Origin: Eledone cirrhosa
Taxonomy: Eukaryota
Direction of reading: 5' to 3'
Assembly (NCBI GenBank): GCA_964016885.1
Contig: OZ024752.1
Location: 11,036,001-11,100,000 of the forward strand
Length of the DNA: 64,000 nt
Program-made: the position numbers and the translations under genes
Notes under the pieces: generated by a model
The model's database searches: none
What the model saw: the letters and a program-made list of their open reading frames with translations, nothing else
Told to the model about the DNA's origin: nothing
Shown: positions 50,001 through 63,360 of the stretch, in pieces
Position numbering within the stretch: position 1 is the stretch's first letter
Layout: the number at the start of each line of letters is the position of its first letter

Positions 50001-52250
50001 TTGGTGGTGTTGGTGTTGGTGGTGTTGGTGGTGTTGGTGTTGGTGGTGTTGGTGTTGGTGGTGTTGGTGTTGGTGGTGTTGGTGTTGTTGGTGTTGGTGG
50101 TGTTGGTGTTGGTGGTGTTGGTGTTGGTGGTGTTGGTGTTGGTGGTGTTGGTGTTGGTGGTGTTGGTGTTGGTGGTGTTGGTGTTGGTGGTGTTGGTGTT
50201 GGTGGTGTTGGTGTTGGTGGTGTTGGTGGTGTTGGTGGTGTTGGTGGTGTTGGTGGTGTTGGTGGTGTTGGTGTTGGTGGTGTTGGTGTTGGTGGTGTTG
50301 GTGTTGATGTTGTTGGTGTTGGTGTTGTTGGTGTTGGTGGTGTTGGTGTTGGTGTGGTGGTGGTGGTGGTATTGGTGGTGGTGTTGGTGTGGTGGTGGTG
50401 GTGGTATTGGTGGTGGTGGTGGTGGTGGTGGTGTTTGTGTTGTTGGTGGTGTTGGTGGTGGTGGTGTTGGTGGTGCTTGGTGTGTGTTGGTGGTGGTGGT
50501 GTATCTAATGTGGTTGATGGTGAAGGTCTTGGTGGTGGTGTTGTTGGTTGTGGTGTTGGTGGTTTGTGTTGGTGGTTTGTGTGGTGGTTTGTGTTGGTGG
50601 TTTGTGTTGGTGGTTTGTGTTGGTGGTTTGTGTTGGTGGTTTGTGTTGGTGGTTTGTGTTGGTGGTTTGTGTTGGTGGTTTGTGTTGGTGGTTTGTGTTG
50701 GTGGTTTGTGTTGGTGGTTTGTGTTGGTGGGTTTGTGTTGGTGGTTTGTGTTGTGGTGGGTGGTTGGTGATTGTTTGGTGGTGTGGTGTGGTGGTGGTTG
50801 TTGGTGGTGTTGGTGGGTGTTGTTGGTGGTGTTGGTGGTGTTGTTGGTGGTGTTGGTGGTGGTGTTGGTGGTGTTGGTGGTGGTGGTGGTGGTGGTGGTG
50901 GTGTGGTGTGGTTGTGGTGTTGGTGGTGGTGGTGGGTGGTGTGTGGTGTTGGTGGTGTGTGTTGTTGGTGTGTTGTGTTGGTGTTGTGTGTATGTGTGTG
51001 GTGATGGTGGTGTTGTGGTGGTGTGTTGGTGGGTGTTGGTGGTGGTGTTGGTGGTGGTGTTGTGGTGGTGTGGTGGTGGTGTTGGTGGTGTTGGTGGTGG
51101 TGTTGGTGTTGGTGTGGTGGGTGGTGGTGGTGTGGTGTGGGTGTTGGTGGTGGTGGTGTTGGTGGTGTTGTGTGGTGTGGTGGTGGTGGTGTTGGTGGTG
51201 TTGTTGATGGTGGTGTTGTTGATGGTGGGGTTGTTGGTGGTGTGTTGGTGGGGTGGTTGGTGGTGTTGTTGGTGGGGTTGTTGGTGGTGTTGTTGGTGGT
51301 GTTGTTGGTGGTGTTGTTGGTGGTGTTGTTGGTGGTGTTGTTGGTGGTGTTGTTGGTGGGTGGTGGTGGTGGGTGGTGTTGGTGGTGTGGTGGTGGTGTG
51401 GTGGGTGTGTGGTGTTGGTGGTGGTGGTGGTGGGTGTTGGTGGTGTGTGGTGGTGGTGTGGTGGTGGTGGTGGTGGTGTGGGTGGTGTTGTGGTGGTGTT
51501 GTGGTGGGTGTGGTGGTGGTGTGGTGGTGGTGTTGGTGGTGGGGTGTTGGTGGTGGGGTGTTGGTGGGTGGGGGTGTTGGTGGTGGTGTGGTGGTGTTGG
51601 TGGGTGGTGGTGTTGGGTGTTGTGGTGGGTGTTGGTGGTGGGTGGTGGGTGTGGTGGTGGTGTTGGTGGTGGTGGTGGTGGGTGGTGGTGGTGGGTGGTG
51701 TGGTGGTGGTGTTGGTGGTGGTGTTGGTGGTGGTGTGGTGGTGTGGTGGTGGTGGTGTTGGTGGTGTGTTGTTGGTGGTGTTGTTGGTGTGTGGTTGTTG
51801 TGGTGGTGTTGGTGGTGGTGTGGTGGTGGTGTGTTGGTGTGTGTTGTGGTGGTGGGGTGTGGTGGTGGTGGTGGTGTTGTTGTTGGTGTTGGTGGTGGTG
51901 TTGTTGGTGGTGGTGTTGGTGGTGGTGTTGGTGGTGGTGTTGGTGGTGGTGTGGTGGTGGTGTTGGTGGTGGTGGTGTTGGTGGTGGTGTTGGTGGTGGT
52001 GTTGTTGGTGGTGTTGTTGGTGGTGTTGTGGGGTGTGTTGTTGGTGTGTGTTGGTGGTGGTGGTGTTGGTGGTGGTGGTGTTGTTGTTGGTGTTGTTAGT
52101 GGTGGTGGTAGTGTTGTTGGTGGTGTTGGTGGTGGTGTTGGTGGTGTTGGTGTTGGTGGTGGTGGTGTTGTTGGTGTTGTTGGTGGTGGTGTTGTTGTTG
52201 GTGGTGGTGTTGCTGCTGTATCTAATGTGGTTGATGGTGTTGGTGTTGGT
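47037..52250. repeat. Degenerate (GGT/GTT)n low-complexity tract with a unique island at about 47640-48115
   Basis: Directly visible; the long Gly/Val ORFs result from a repeat with no stop codons. Confidence 0.95.
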
Positions 52251-52369
52251 GATGTAGATAGTGATGATAGTGATGTAGATAGTCATGGTGTTGGTGATGT
52301 AGATAGTGATGGTGTTGGTGATGGTGATGGCGATAGTGATGATGGTGATGGCGATAGTGATGATGGTGA

Positions 52370-53690
52370 TGGCGGTGTAGATAGTGGTGGTGGTGATGGC
52401 GGTGTAGACAGTGGTGGTGATGGCGGTGTAGACAGTGATGGTGATGGCTGTGTAGACAGTGGTGGTGATGGCGGTGTAGACAGTGATGGTGATGGCGGTG
52501 TAGACAGTGATGGTGATGGCGGTGTAGACAGTGATGGTGATGGCGGTGTAGACAGTGGTGGCGATGGCTGTGTAGACAGTGATGGCGATGGCGGTGTAGA
52601 CAGTGATGGTGATGGCGGTGTAGACAGTGGTCGTGATGGCGGTGTAGACAGTGATGGTGATGGCTGTGTAGACAGTGATGGTGATGGTGGTGTAGACAGT
52701 GGTGGTGATGGCTGTGTAGACAGTGATGGTGATGGCGGTGTAGACAGTGATGGTGATGGCGGTGTAGACAGTGATGGTGATGGCGGTGTAGACAGTGGTG
52801 GCGATGGCTGTGTAGACAGTGATGGCGATGGCGGTGTAGACAGTGATGGTGATGGCGGTGTAGACAGTGGTCGTGATGGCTGTGTAGACAGTGGTCGTGA
52901 TGGCTGTGTAGACAGTGATGGTGATGGCGGTGTAGACAGTGGTGGTGATGGCTGTGTAGACAGTGATGGTGATGGCGGTGTAGACAGTGGTGGTGATGGC
53001 GGTGTAGACAGTGATGGTGATGGCTGTGTAGACAGTGGTGGCGATGGCGGTGTAGACAGTGGTGGTGATGGCGGTGTAGACAGTGGTGGTGATGGCGGTG
53101 TAGACAGTGATGGTGATGGCTGTGTAGACAGTGATGGTGATGGCGGTGTAGACAGTGGTGGTGATGGCTGTGTAGACAGTGATGGCGATGGCGGTGTAGA
53201 CAGTGATGGTGATGGCGGTGTAGACAGTGGTGGCGATGTAGACAGTGGTGGCGGTGTAGACAGTGGTGGCGATGTAGACAGTGGTGGCGATGTAGACAGT
53301 GGTGGCGGTGTAGACAGTGGTGGCGATGTAGACAGTGGTGGTGGTGTAGACAGTGGTGGCGATGTAGACAGTGGTGGCGGTGTAGACAGTGGTGGCGGTG
53401 TAGACAGTGGTGGCGGTGTAGACAGTGGTGGCGATGTAGACAGTGGTGGCGGTGTAGACAGTGGTGGCGGTGTAGACAGTGGTGGCGATGTAGACAGTGG
53501 TGGCGGTGTAGACAGTGGTGGCGATGTAGACAGTGGTGGCGGTGTAGACAGTGGTGGCGATGTAGACAGTGGTGGCGATGTAGACAGTGGTGGCGATGTA
53601 GACAGTGGTGGCGATGTAGACAGTGGTGGCGATGTAGACTGTGGTGGCGATGTAGACAGTGGTGGCGATGTAGATGTAGATGTAGATGTA
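52370..53690 (+). repeat. 21-bp (GGTGATGGCGGTGTAGACAGT) then 18-bp (GGTGGCGATGTAGACAGT) minisatellite
   Basis: GTAGACAGT anchor; unit shortens near 53227. Confidence 0.95.
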
Positions 53691-54049
53691 GGTGATGCTG
53701 TTGTTTCAGCACACACAGTTAATCCTGCTGCGGCTGTTGGTACTTTTGTTATTTTTTGCTGCTGTTTCTTTTGCTCACGATGACGATGTTGCTGCTGCTG
53801 CTGTTGTCGTCATTGTACGTTACTGGTGTTGCTGCTGCTACTGGTGTTGCTGCTGTTACTGGTGTTGCTGCTGTTACTGGTGTTGCTGCTGCTGCTGTTA
53901 TACTGCTGCTGCTGCTGCTGTTGACATTGCCAACAACATCACCACCAACACCTACACCATCGATACAACATTCATCTATGTCACTGCCACCTCCAACCAC
54001 ATATTACTCGTTATTCCTCTCCGATGTTCTCACATACCGACACCATCAC

Positions 54050-55125
54050 CGCCAACACCACCACTGTCTACACCGCCATCACCATCACTGTCTACACCGC
54101 CATCACCATCACTGTCTACACCGCCATCTCCATCACTGTCTACACAGCCATCGCCACCACTGTCTACACCGCCATCACCATCACTGTCTACACCGCCATC
54201 GCCACCACTGTCTACACCGCCATCACCACCACTGTCTACACCGCCATCACCATCACCACCATCACCTATCAATGTCTACACAACCATCACCATCACTGTC
54301 TATACCGCCATCACCACCACTGTCTACACCGCCATCACCACCACTGTCTACACCGCCAACACCACCACTGTCTACACCGCCATCGCCACCACTGTCTACA
54401 CCGCCATCACCATCACTGTCTACACCGCCATCACCACCACTGTCTACACCGCCATCACCATCACCACCATCACCTATCAATGTCTACACAACCATCACCA
54501 TCACTGTCTATACCGCCATCACCACCACTGTCTACACCGCCATCACCACCACTGTCTACACCGCCAACACCACCACTGTCTACACCGCCATCGCCACCAC
54601 TGTCTACACCGCCATCACCATCACTGTCTACACCGCCATCACCATCACTGTCTACACCGCCATCACCATCACTGTCTACACCGCCATCACCATCACTGTC
54701 TACACCGCCATCACCACCACTGTCTACACCGCCATCACCACCACTGTCTACACCGCCAACACCACCACTGTCTACACCGCCATCGCCACCACTGTCTACA
54801 CCGCCATCACCATCACTGTCTACACCGCCATCACCACCACTGTCTACACCGCCATCACCACCACTGTCTACACCGCCATCACCATCACTGTCTACACCGC
54901 CATCACCACCACTGTCTACACCGCCATCATCACCACTGTCTACACCGCCATCACCATCACCATCCCTATCACCGCCATCACCATCCCCATCACCATCACC
55001 ATCACCGCCATCACCATCACTGCCATCACCATCACCATCACCGCCATCACCATCACCATCCCCATAACCGCCATCACCATCACCATCACCGCCATCACTA
55101 TCCCCATCACCATCACCGCCATCAT
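54050..55125 (-). repeat. Inverted array of the same 21-bp minisatellite with a higher-order repeat of about 208 bp
   Basis: ACTGTCTACACCGCCATCACC units; CCTATCAATGTCTACACAACC marker near 54265 and 54473. Confidence 0.95.
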
Positions 55126-55135
55126 GGTCATTACC

Positions 55136-55452
55136 AAATCCCGCCGCCGAGGTTAACTTTCCTTTCATCCTTACGGGGTTCGATAAAATAAAGTACCAGT
55201 AATAACTGTTTTTACTTTTGGCACAAGGCCAGCAATTATCTCAGTGTATTACTGGTACTTTATTTTATTGACCCCCCCCCCCCCGTAAGGATGAACGGCA
55301 AAGTTAACCTCGGCGGGATTTGAACTCAATCCGCAAAGGGACGTAACTGTGCTGCAAAGCATGGCGTCGGACGCTCTACCGATACTGCCAATCCGGTTCC
55401 AGTAATAACACTTGGCTAATTGCTGGCCTTGTGCCAACAGTAGAAACAATTA
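55136..55452. mobile_element. Family A SINE (minus, 55207-55393) inserted into a plus-strand copy of the same family
   Basis: 11-bp TSD CCAGTAATAAC at 55196 and 55399. Confidence 0.8.
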
Positions 55453-55479
55453 TCATGACATCTATCAGCAGAACTATTA

Positions 55480-56578
55480 GCACCATCTCCACCATTACCA
55501 CCACTATTAAATTAGGATCATTGTCATCATTATATTATCATCATCGTCCTCATCACCAACACCGCCAATATCACCAGCGTCACCCCCAACAACATCACCA
55601 AAATTAACAACACAAACAGCGTCACCATCCCCGTCAACAATAACACCAACGTACTCAGCATCACCATCACCACAAACAACAACAACGCAAACAGCAATAA
55701 CAACACAAACATTAACAACATCACCACCAATAGGAACACGAAATGCACCAATAACACCAACACCGCCATCGCCAACACTGCCAAAAACAATCACCAACAT
55801 CGACACCAATGACACCAAAAACACCTCCAACGCTAACGAATTTTACACCACCCCCAACAACAACACCACCACCAGCAACACCAACGCCACCAACAACAAC
55901 GCCACCAACACCAATACCAACACCACCACCACCACCGACAACACCACCAACAACACCACCACCAACAACAACACCACCAACACCACCCATAACAACGCAA
56001 CGACCAACAACAACACTAACAACACCAACGCCAACACTGACATCGCCAAACAACACCACAGCCAACACCACCCCCAACAACACCACCAACGCATTTTACA
56101 ACACCAACAACACTAACAGCAATACCACCGACGCCAACGACACCAAAAACACCTCCAACGCCACGAACACCACCACCTCACGAACACCACCACCACCACC
56201 GACACCACCAACATCAACACCTCCACCAACAACACCACCACCACCACCACCACCGACACCACCAACAACAAAACCACCACCAACCCCAATAACAACACCA
56301 ACAACAACAACACCACCAATAACAACACCACCAACAACAACACCACCAACACCACCAATAACAACGCCACCAACACCACTAATAACAACGCCACCACCAA
56401 CAACACCAACAACAACACCAACAACACCTCCAACAAAAACGCCACCACCACCAACAACACCACCACGAACAACACCATCGCCACCAACAACACCAACACC
56501 AACAACACCAACAACAACACCACCAACACCACCACCAACACCAACAACAACAACGCCACCAACACCACCAACACTCCA
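55480..56578. repeat. (CCA/ACA)-rich low-complexity tract
   Basis: Complementary composition to the 47-52 kb tract. Confidence 0.9.
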
Positions 56579-56759
56579 TTGCTGTTGCTTGCACTTCTCT
56601 CCTTGTTAACTGCTATTCCTCTAACCACTCCCCCCCCCCTTAAGCACTCCTCTTACCACTCCTCTTAAGCGATGTAGTAGATAGAGATGTAGATATGTTA
56701 TTGCTGATGCCACTCTCTCACTGCCTTTATTATAATCATGCTACTTCTTAAACGTTCCT

Positions 56760-59700
56760 TCTACTGCAGCTGTCTTCTTACCGCTGTTGTTGTTACTGCT
56801 GACAGTGCAGCTGTCTTCTTACCGTTGTTGTTGTTACTGCTGATAGTGCAGCTGTCTTCTTGCCGCTGTTGTTGTTACTGCTGATAGTGCAGCTGTCTTC
56901 TTACCGTTGTTGTTACTGCTGACAGTGCAGCTGTCTTCTTACCGTTGTTGTTGTTACTGCTGATAGTGCAGCTGTCTTCTTACCGTTGTTGTTACTGCTG
57001 ATAGTGCAGCTGTCTTCTTACCGTTGTTGTTGTTACTGCTGATAGTGCAGCTGTCTTCTTACCGTTGTTGTTGTTACTGCTGACAGTGCAGCTGTCTTCT
57101 TACCGTTGTTGTTGTTACTGCTGACAGTGCAGCTGTCTTCTTACCGTTGTTGTTGTTACTGCTGACAGTGCAGCTGTCTTCTTACCGTTGTTGTTGTTAC
57201 TGCTGACAGTGCAGCTGTCTTCTTACCGTTGTTGTTGTTACTGCTGACAGTGCAGCTGTCTTCTTACCGTTGTTGTTGTTACTGCTGACAGTGCAGCTGT
57301 CTTCTTACCGTTGTTGTTGTTACTGCTGACAGTGCAGCTGTCTTCTTACCGTTGTTGTTGTTACTGCTGACAGTGCAGCTGTCTTCTTACCGTTGTTGTT
57401 GTTACTGCTGACAGTGCAGCTGTCTTCTTACCGTTGTTGTTGTTACTGCTGATAGTGCAGCTGTCTTCTTACCGTTGTTGTTACTGCTGATAGTGCAGCT
57501 GTCTTCTTACCGTTGTTGTTACTGCTGATAGTGCAGCTGTCTTACCGTTGTTGTTACTGCTGATAGTGCAGCTGTCTTCTTACCGTTGTTGTTGTTACTG
57601 CTGATAGTGCAGCTGTCTTCTTACCGCTGTTGTTGTTTCTGCTGACAGTGCAGCTGTCTTCTTACCGTTGTTGTTGCTGCTGATAGTGCAGCTGTCTTAC
57701 CGTTGTTGTTGCTGCTGACAGTGCAGCTGTCTTCTTACCGCTGTTGTTACTGCTGACAGTGCAGCTGTCTTCTTACCGCTGTTGTTGTTACTGCTGATAG
57801 TGCAGCTGTCTTCTTACCGTTGTTGTTACTGCTGATAGTGCAGCTGTCTTACCGTTGTTGTTGTTACTGCTGACAGTGCAGCTGTCTTCTTACCGTTGTT
57901 GTTACTGCTGATAGTGCAGCTGTCTTACCGTTGTTGTTGTTACTGCTGAGAGTGCAGCTGTCTTCTTACCGTTGTTGTTACTGCTGAGAGTGCAGCTGTC
58001 TTCTTACCGTTGTTGTTACTGCTGACAGTGCAGCTGTCTTCTTACCGTTGTTGTTACTGCTGACAGTGCAGCTGTCTTCTTACCGTTGTTGCTGTTACTG
58101 CTGACAGTGCAGCTGTCTTCTTACCGTTGTTGTTACTGCTGACAGTGCAGCTGTCTTCTTACCGTTGTTGTTACTGCTGACAGTGCAGCTGTCTTCTTAC
58201 CGTTGTTGTTACTGCTGACAGTGCAGCTGTCTTCTTACCGTTGTTGTTACTGCTGACAGTGCAGCTGTCTTCTTACCGCTGTTGTTGTTACTGCTGACAG
58301 TGCAGCTGTCTTCTTACCGTTGTTGTTACTGCTGACAGTGCAGCTGTCTTCTTACCGTTGTTGTTACTGCTGACAGTGCAGCTGTCTTCTTACCGTTGTT
58401 GTTACTGCTGACAGTGCAGCTGTCTTCTTACCGTTGTTGTTACTGCTGACAGTGCAGCTGTCTTCTTACCGTTGTTGTTACTGCTGACAGTGCAGCTGTC
58501 TTCTTACCGCTGTTGTTGTTACTGCTGATAGTGCAGCTGTCTTACCGTTGTTGTTGTTACTGCTGACAGTGCAGCTGTCTTCTTACCGTTGTTGTTACTG
58601 CTGACAGTGCAGCTGTCTTCTTACCGTTGTTGTTACTGCTGACAGTGCAGCTGTCTTCTTACCGCTGTTGTTGTTACTGCTGACAGTGCAGCTGTCTTCT
58701 TACCGTTGTTGTTACTGCTGACAGTGCAGCTGTCTTCTTACCGTTGTTGTTACTGCTGACAGTGCAGCTGTCTTCTTACCGTTGTTGTTACTGCTGACAG
58801 TGCAGCTGTCTTACCGTTGTTGTTGTTACTGCTGATAGTGCAGCTGTCTTCTTACCGTTGTTGTTACTGCTGACAGTGCAGCTGTCTTACCGTTGTTGTT
58901 GTTACTGCTGACAGTGCAGCTGTCTTCTTACCGTTGTTGTTACTGCTGACAGTGCAGCTGTCTTCTTACCGTTGTTGTTACTGCTGACAGTGCAGCTGTC
59001 TTCTTACCGCTGTTGTTACTGCTGATAGTGCAGCTGTCTTCTTACCGTTGTTGTTACTGCTGACAGTGCAGCTGTCTTCTTACCGTTGTTGTTACTGCTG
59101 ACAGTGCAGCTGTCTTCTTACCGTTGTTGTTACTGCTGACAGTGCAGCTGTCTTCTTACCGCTGTTGTTACTGCTGACAGTGCAGCTGTCTTCTTACCGC
59201 TGTTGTTACTGCTGACAGTGCAGCTGTCTTCTTACAGTTGTTGTTACTGCTGACAGTGCAGCTGTCTTCTTACCGCTGTTGTTACTGCTGACAGTGCAGC
59301 TGTCTTCTTACCGTTGTTGTTACTGCTGACAGTGCAGCTGTCTTCTTACCGTTGTTGTTACTGCTGACAGTGCAGCTGTCTTCTTACCGTTGTTGTTACT
59401 GCTGACAGTGCAGCTGTCTTCTTACCATTGTTGTTGTTACTGCTGACAGTGCAGCTGTCTTCTTACCGCTGTTGTTACTGCTGAGAGTGCAGCTGTCTTC
59501 TTACCGTTGTTGTTACTGCTGACAGTGCAGCTGTCTTCTTACCGTTGTTGTTACTGCTGACAGTGCAGCTGTCTTCTTACCGCTGTTGTTACTGCTGACA
59601 GTGCAGCTGTCTTCTTACCGTTGTTGTTACTGCTGACAGTGCAGCTGTCTTCTTACCGTTGTTGTTACTGCTGACAGTGCAGCTGTCTTCTTACCGTTGT

Positions 59701-62700
59701 TGTTACTGCTGACATTGCAACTGTCTTCTTACCGTTGTTGTTACTGCTGATAGTGCAGCGGTCTTCTTACCGCTGTTGTTACTGCTGAGAGTGCAGCTGT
59801 CTTCTTACCGTTGTTGTTACTGCTGACAGTGCAGCTGTCTTCTTACCGTTGTTGTTACTGCTGATAGTGCAGCTGTCTTCTTACCGTTGTTGTTACTGCT
59901 GATAGTGCAGCGGTCTTCTTACCGTTGTTGTTACTGCTGACAGTGCTGCTGTCTTCTTACAGTTGTTGTTACTGCTGACAGTGCAGCTGTCTTCTTACAG
60001 TTGTTGTTACTGCTGACAGTGCAGCTGTCTTCTTACAGTTGTTGTTACTGCTGACAGTGCAGCTGTCTTCTTACAGTTGTTGTTACTGCTGACAGTGCAG
60101 CTGTCTTCTTACAGTTGTTGTTACTGCTGACAGTGCAGCTGTCTTCTTACCGTTGTTGTTACTGCTGACAGTGCTGCTGTCTTCTTACAGTTGTTGTTAC
60201 TGCTGACAGTGCAGCTGTCTTCTTACAGTTGTTGTTACTGCTGACAGTGCTGCTGTCTTCTTACAGTTGTTGTTACTGCTGACAGTGCAGCTGTCTTCTT
60301 ACAGTTGTTACTGCTGACAGTGCAGCTGTCTTCTTACCGTTGTTGTTACTGCTGACAGTGCTGCTGTCTTCTTACCGTTGTTGTTACTGCTGATAGTGCA
60401 GCTGTCTTCTTACCGTTGTTGTTGCTGCTGATAGTGCAGCGGTCTTCTTACCGTTGTTGTTGCTGCTGATAGTGCAGCGGTCTTCTTACCGTTGTTGTTG
60501 CTGCTGATAGTGCAGCTGTCTTCTTACCGTTGTTACTGCTGACGGTGCTGCTGTCTTGTTACCGTTGTTACTGCTGACGGTGCTGCTGTCTTGTTACCGT
60601 TGTTACTGCTGACGGTGCTGTTGTCTTGTTACCGTTGTTGTTACTGCTGACGGTGCTGCTCTCTTGTTATCGTTGTTACTGCTGACGGTGCTGCTGTCTT
60701 GTTACCGTTGTTACTGCTGACGGTGCTGCTGTCTTGTTACCGTTGTTACTGCTGACGGTGCTGCTGTCTTGTTACCGTTGTTACTGCTGACGGTGCTGCT
60801 GTCTTGTTACCGTTGTTACTGCTGACGGTGCAGCTGTCTTGTTACCGTTGTTACTGCTGACGGTGCAGCTGTCTTGTTACCGTTGTTACTGCTGACGGTG
60901 CAGCTGTCTTGTTACCGTTGTTACTGCTGACGGTGCAGCTGTTTTGTTACCGTTGTTACTGCTGACGGTGCAGCTGTCTTGTTACCGTTGTTACTGCTGA
61001 CGGTGCTGCTGTCTTCTTACCGTTGTTGTTGTTACTGCTGACAGTGCTGCTGTCTTCTTACCGTTGTTGTTACTGCTGATAGTGCAGCTGTCTTCTTACC
61101 GTTGTTGTTACTGCTGACAGTGCAGCTGTCTTACTGTTGTTGTTACTGCTGACGGTGCTGCTGTCTTCTTACCGTTGTTACTGCTGACGGTGCAGCTGTC
61201 TTGTTACCGTTGTTGTTACTGCTGACGGTGCTGCTGTCTTCTTACCGTTGTTGTTACTGCTGACGGTGCTGCTGTCTTCCTACAGTTGTTACTGCTGACG
61301 GTGCTGCTGTCTTCTTACAGTTGTTGTTACTGCTGACACTGCAGCTGTCTTGTTACCGTTGTTACTGCTGACGGTGCTGCTGTCTTCTTACCGTTGTTGT
61401 TGTTACTGCTGACAGTGCTGCTGTCTTCTTACCGTTGTTGTTACTGCTGACGGTGCAGCTGTCTTGTTACCGTTGTTGTTACTGCTGACAGTGCTGCTGT
61501 CTTCTTACCGTTGTTGTTACTGCTGACGGTGCTGCTGTCTTCTTACCGTTGTTACTGCTGACGGTGCAGCTGTCTTGTTACCGTTGTTGTTACTGCTGAC
61601 GGTGCTGCTGTCTTCTTACCGTTGTTGTTACTGCTGACAGTGTTGCTGTCTTCTTACCGTTGTTGTTACTGCTGACACTGCAGCTGTCTTGTTACCGTTG
61701 TTGTTACTGCTGACAGTGCTGCTGTCTTCTTACCGTTGTTGTTACTGCTGACGGTGCTGCTGTCTTCTTACCGTTGTTGTTACTGCTGACAGTGCAGCTG
61801 TCTTCTTACCGTTGTTGTTACTGCTGACACTGCAGCTGTCTTGTTACCGTTGTTGTTACCGCTGACAGTGCAGCTGTCTTCTTACCGTTGTTACTGCTGG
61901 CGGTGCTGCTGTCTTCTTACCGTTGTTGTTACTGCTGACGGTGCTGCTGTCTTCTTACAGTTGTTGTTACTGCTGACGGTGCTGCTGTCTTCTTACAGTT
62001 GTTGTTACTGCTGACGGTGCTGCTGTCTTCCTACAGTTGTTACTGCTGACGGTGCTGCTGTCTTCTTACAGTTGTTGTTACTGCTGACGGTGCTGCTGTC
62101 TTCTTACAGTTGTTGTTACTACTGACGGTGCTGCTGTCTTCTTACAGTTGTTGTTACTGCTGACGGTGCTGCTGTCTTCTTACAGTTGTTGTTACTGCTG
62201 ACGGTGCTGCTGTCTTCTTACAGTTGTTGTTACTGCTGACGGTGCTGCTGTCTTCTTACCGTTGTTGTTACTGCTGACGGTGCTGCTGTCTTCTTACCGT
62301 TGTTGTTACTGCTGACGGTGCTACTATCTTGTTACCGCTGTTGTTACTGCTGACGGTGCTGCTGTCTTGTTACCGCTGTTGTTACTGCTGACGGTGCTGC
62401 TGTCTTCTTACAGTTGTTGTTACTGCTGACGGTGCTGCTGTCTTCTTACAGTTGTTGTTACTGCTGACGGTGCTGCTGTCTTCTTACCGTTGTTGTTACT
62501 GCTGACGGTGCTGCTGTCTTCTTACAGTTGTTGTTACTGCTGACGGTGCTGCTGTCTTCTTACCGTTGTTGTTACTGCTGACGGTGCTGCTGTCTTCTTA
62601 CCGTTGTTGTTACTGCTGACGGTGCTGCTGTCTTCTTACCGTTGTTGTTACTGCTGACGGTGCTGCTGTCTTCTTACCGTTGTTGTTACTGCTGACGGTG

Positions 62701-63360
62701 CTGCTGTCTTCTTACCGTTGTTGTTACTGCTGACGGTGCTGCTGTCTTCTTACCGTTGTTGTTACTGCTGACGGTGCTGCTGTCTTCTTACAGTTGTTGT
62801 TACTGCTGACGGTGCTGCTGTCTTGTTACCGTTGTTTACTGCTGCGGTGCTGCTGTCTTGTTACCGTTGTTTACTGCTGCGGTGCTGCTGTCTTCTTACA
62901 GTTGTTGTTACTGCTGACGGTGCTGCTGTCTTCTTACCGTTGTTGTTACTGCTGACGGTGCTGCTGTCTTCTTACCGTTGTTGTTACTGCTGACGGTGCT
63001 GCTGTCTTCTTACCGTTGTTGTTACTGCTGACGGTGCTGCTGTCTTCTTACAGTTGTTGTTACTGCTGACGGTGCTGCTGTCTTCTTACAGTTGTTGTTA
63101 CTGCTGACGGTGGTGCTGTGTTCTTACAGTTGTTGTTACTGCTGACGGTGCTGCTGTCTTCTTACCGTTGTTGTTACTGCTGACGGTGCTGCTGTCTTGT
63201 TACCGTTGTTTACTGCTGCGGTGCTGCTGTCTTGTTACCGTTGTTTACTGCTGCGGTGCTGCTGTCTTGTTACCGTTGTTTACTGCTGCGGTGCTGCTGT
63301 CTTGTTACCGTTGTTTACTGCTGCGGTGCTGCTGTCTTCTTACCGTTGTTGTTTACTGCT
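56760..63360. repeat. 6.6-kb minisatellite with 35/38/41-bp units
   Basis: Consensus AGTGCAGCTGTCTTCTTACCGTTGTTGTTACTGCTGAC with variable GTT/CTT triplet number. Confidence 0.97.

Noticed and set aside
46951-56628. Very long Gly/Val/His/Pro/Thr ORFs up to 1448 aa resembling mucins or extensins
   Set aside because: Open in several frames on both strands because the repeats lack stop codons; no signal peptide, domain or clear splice context
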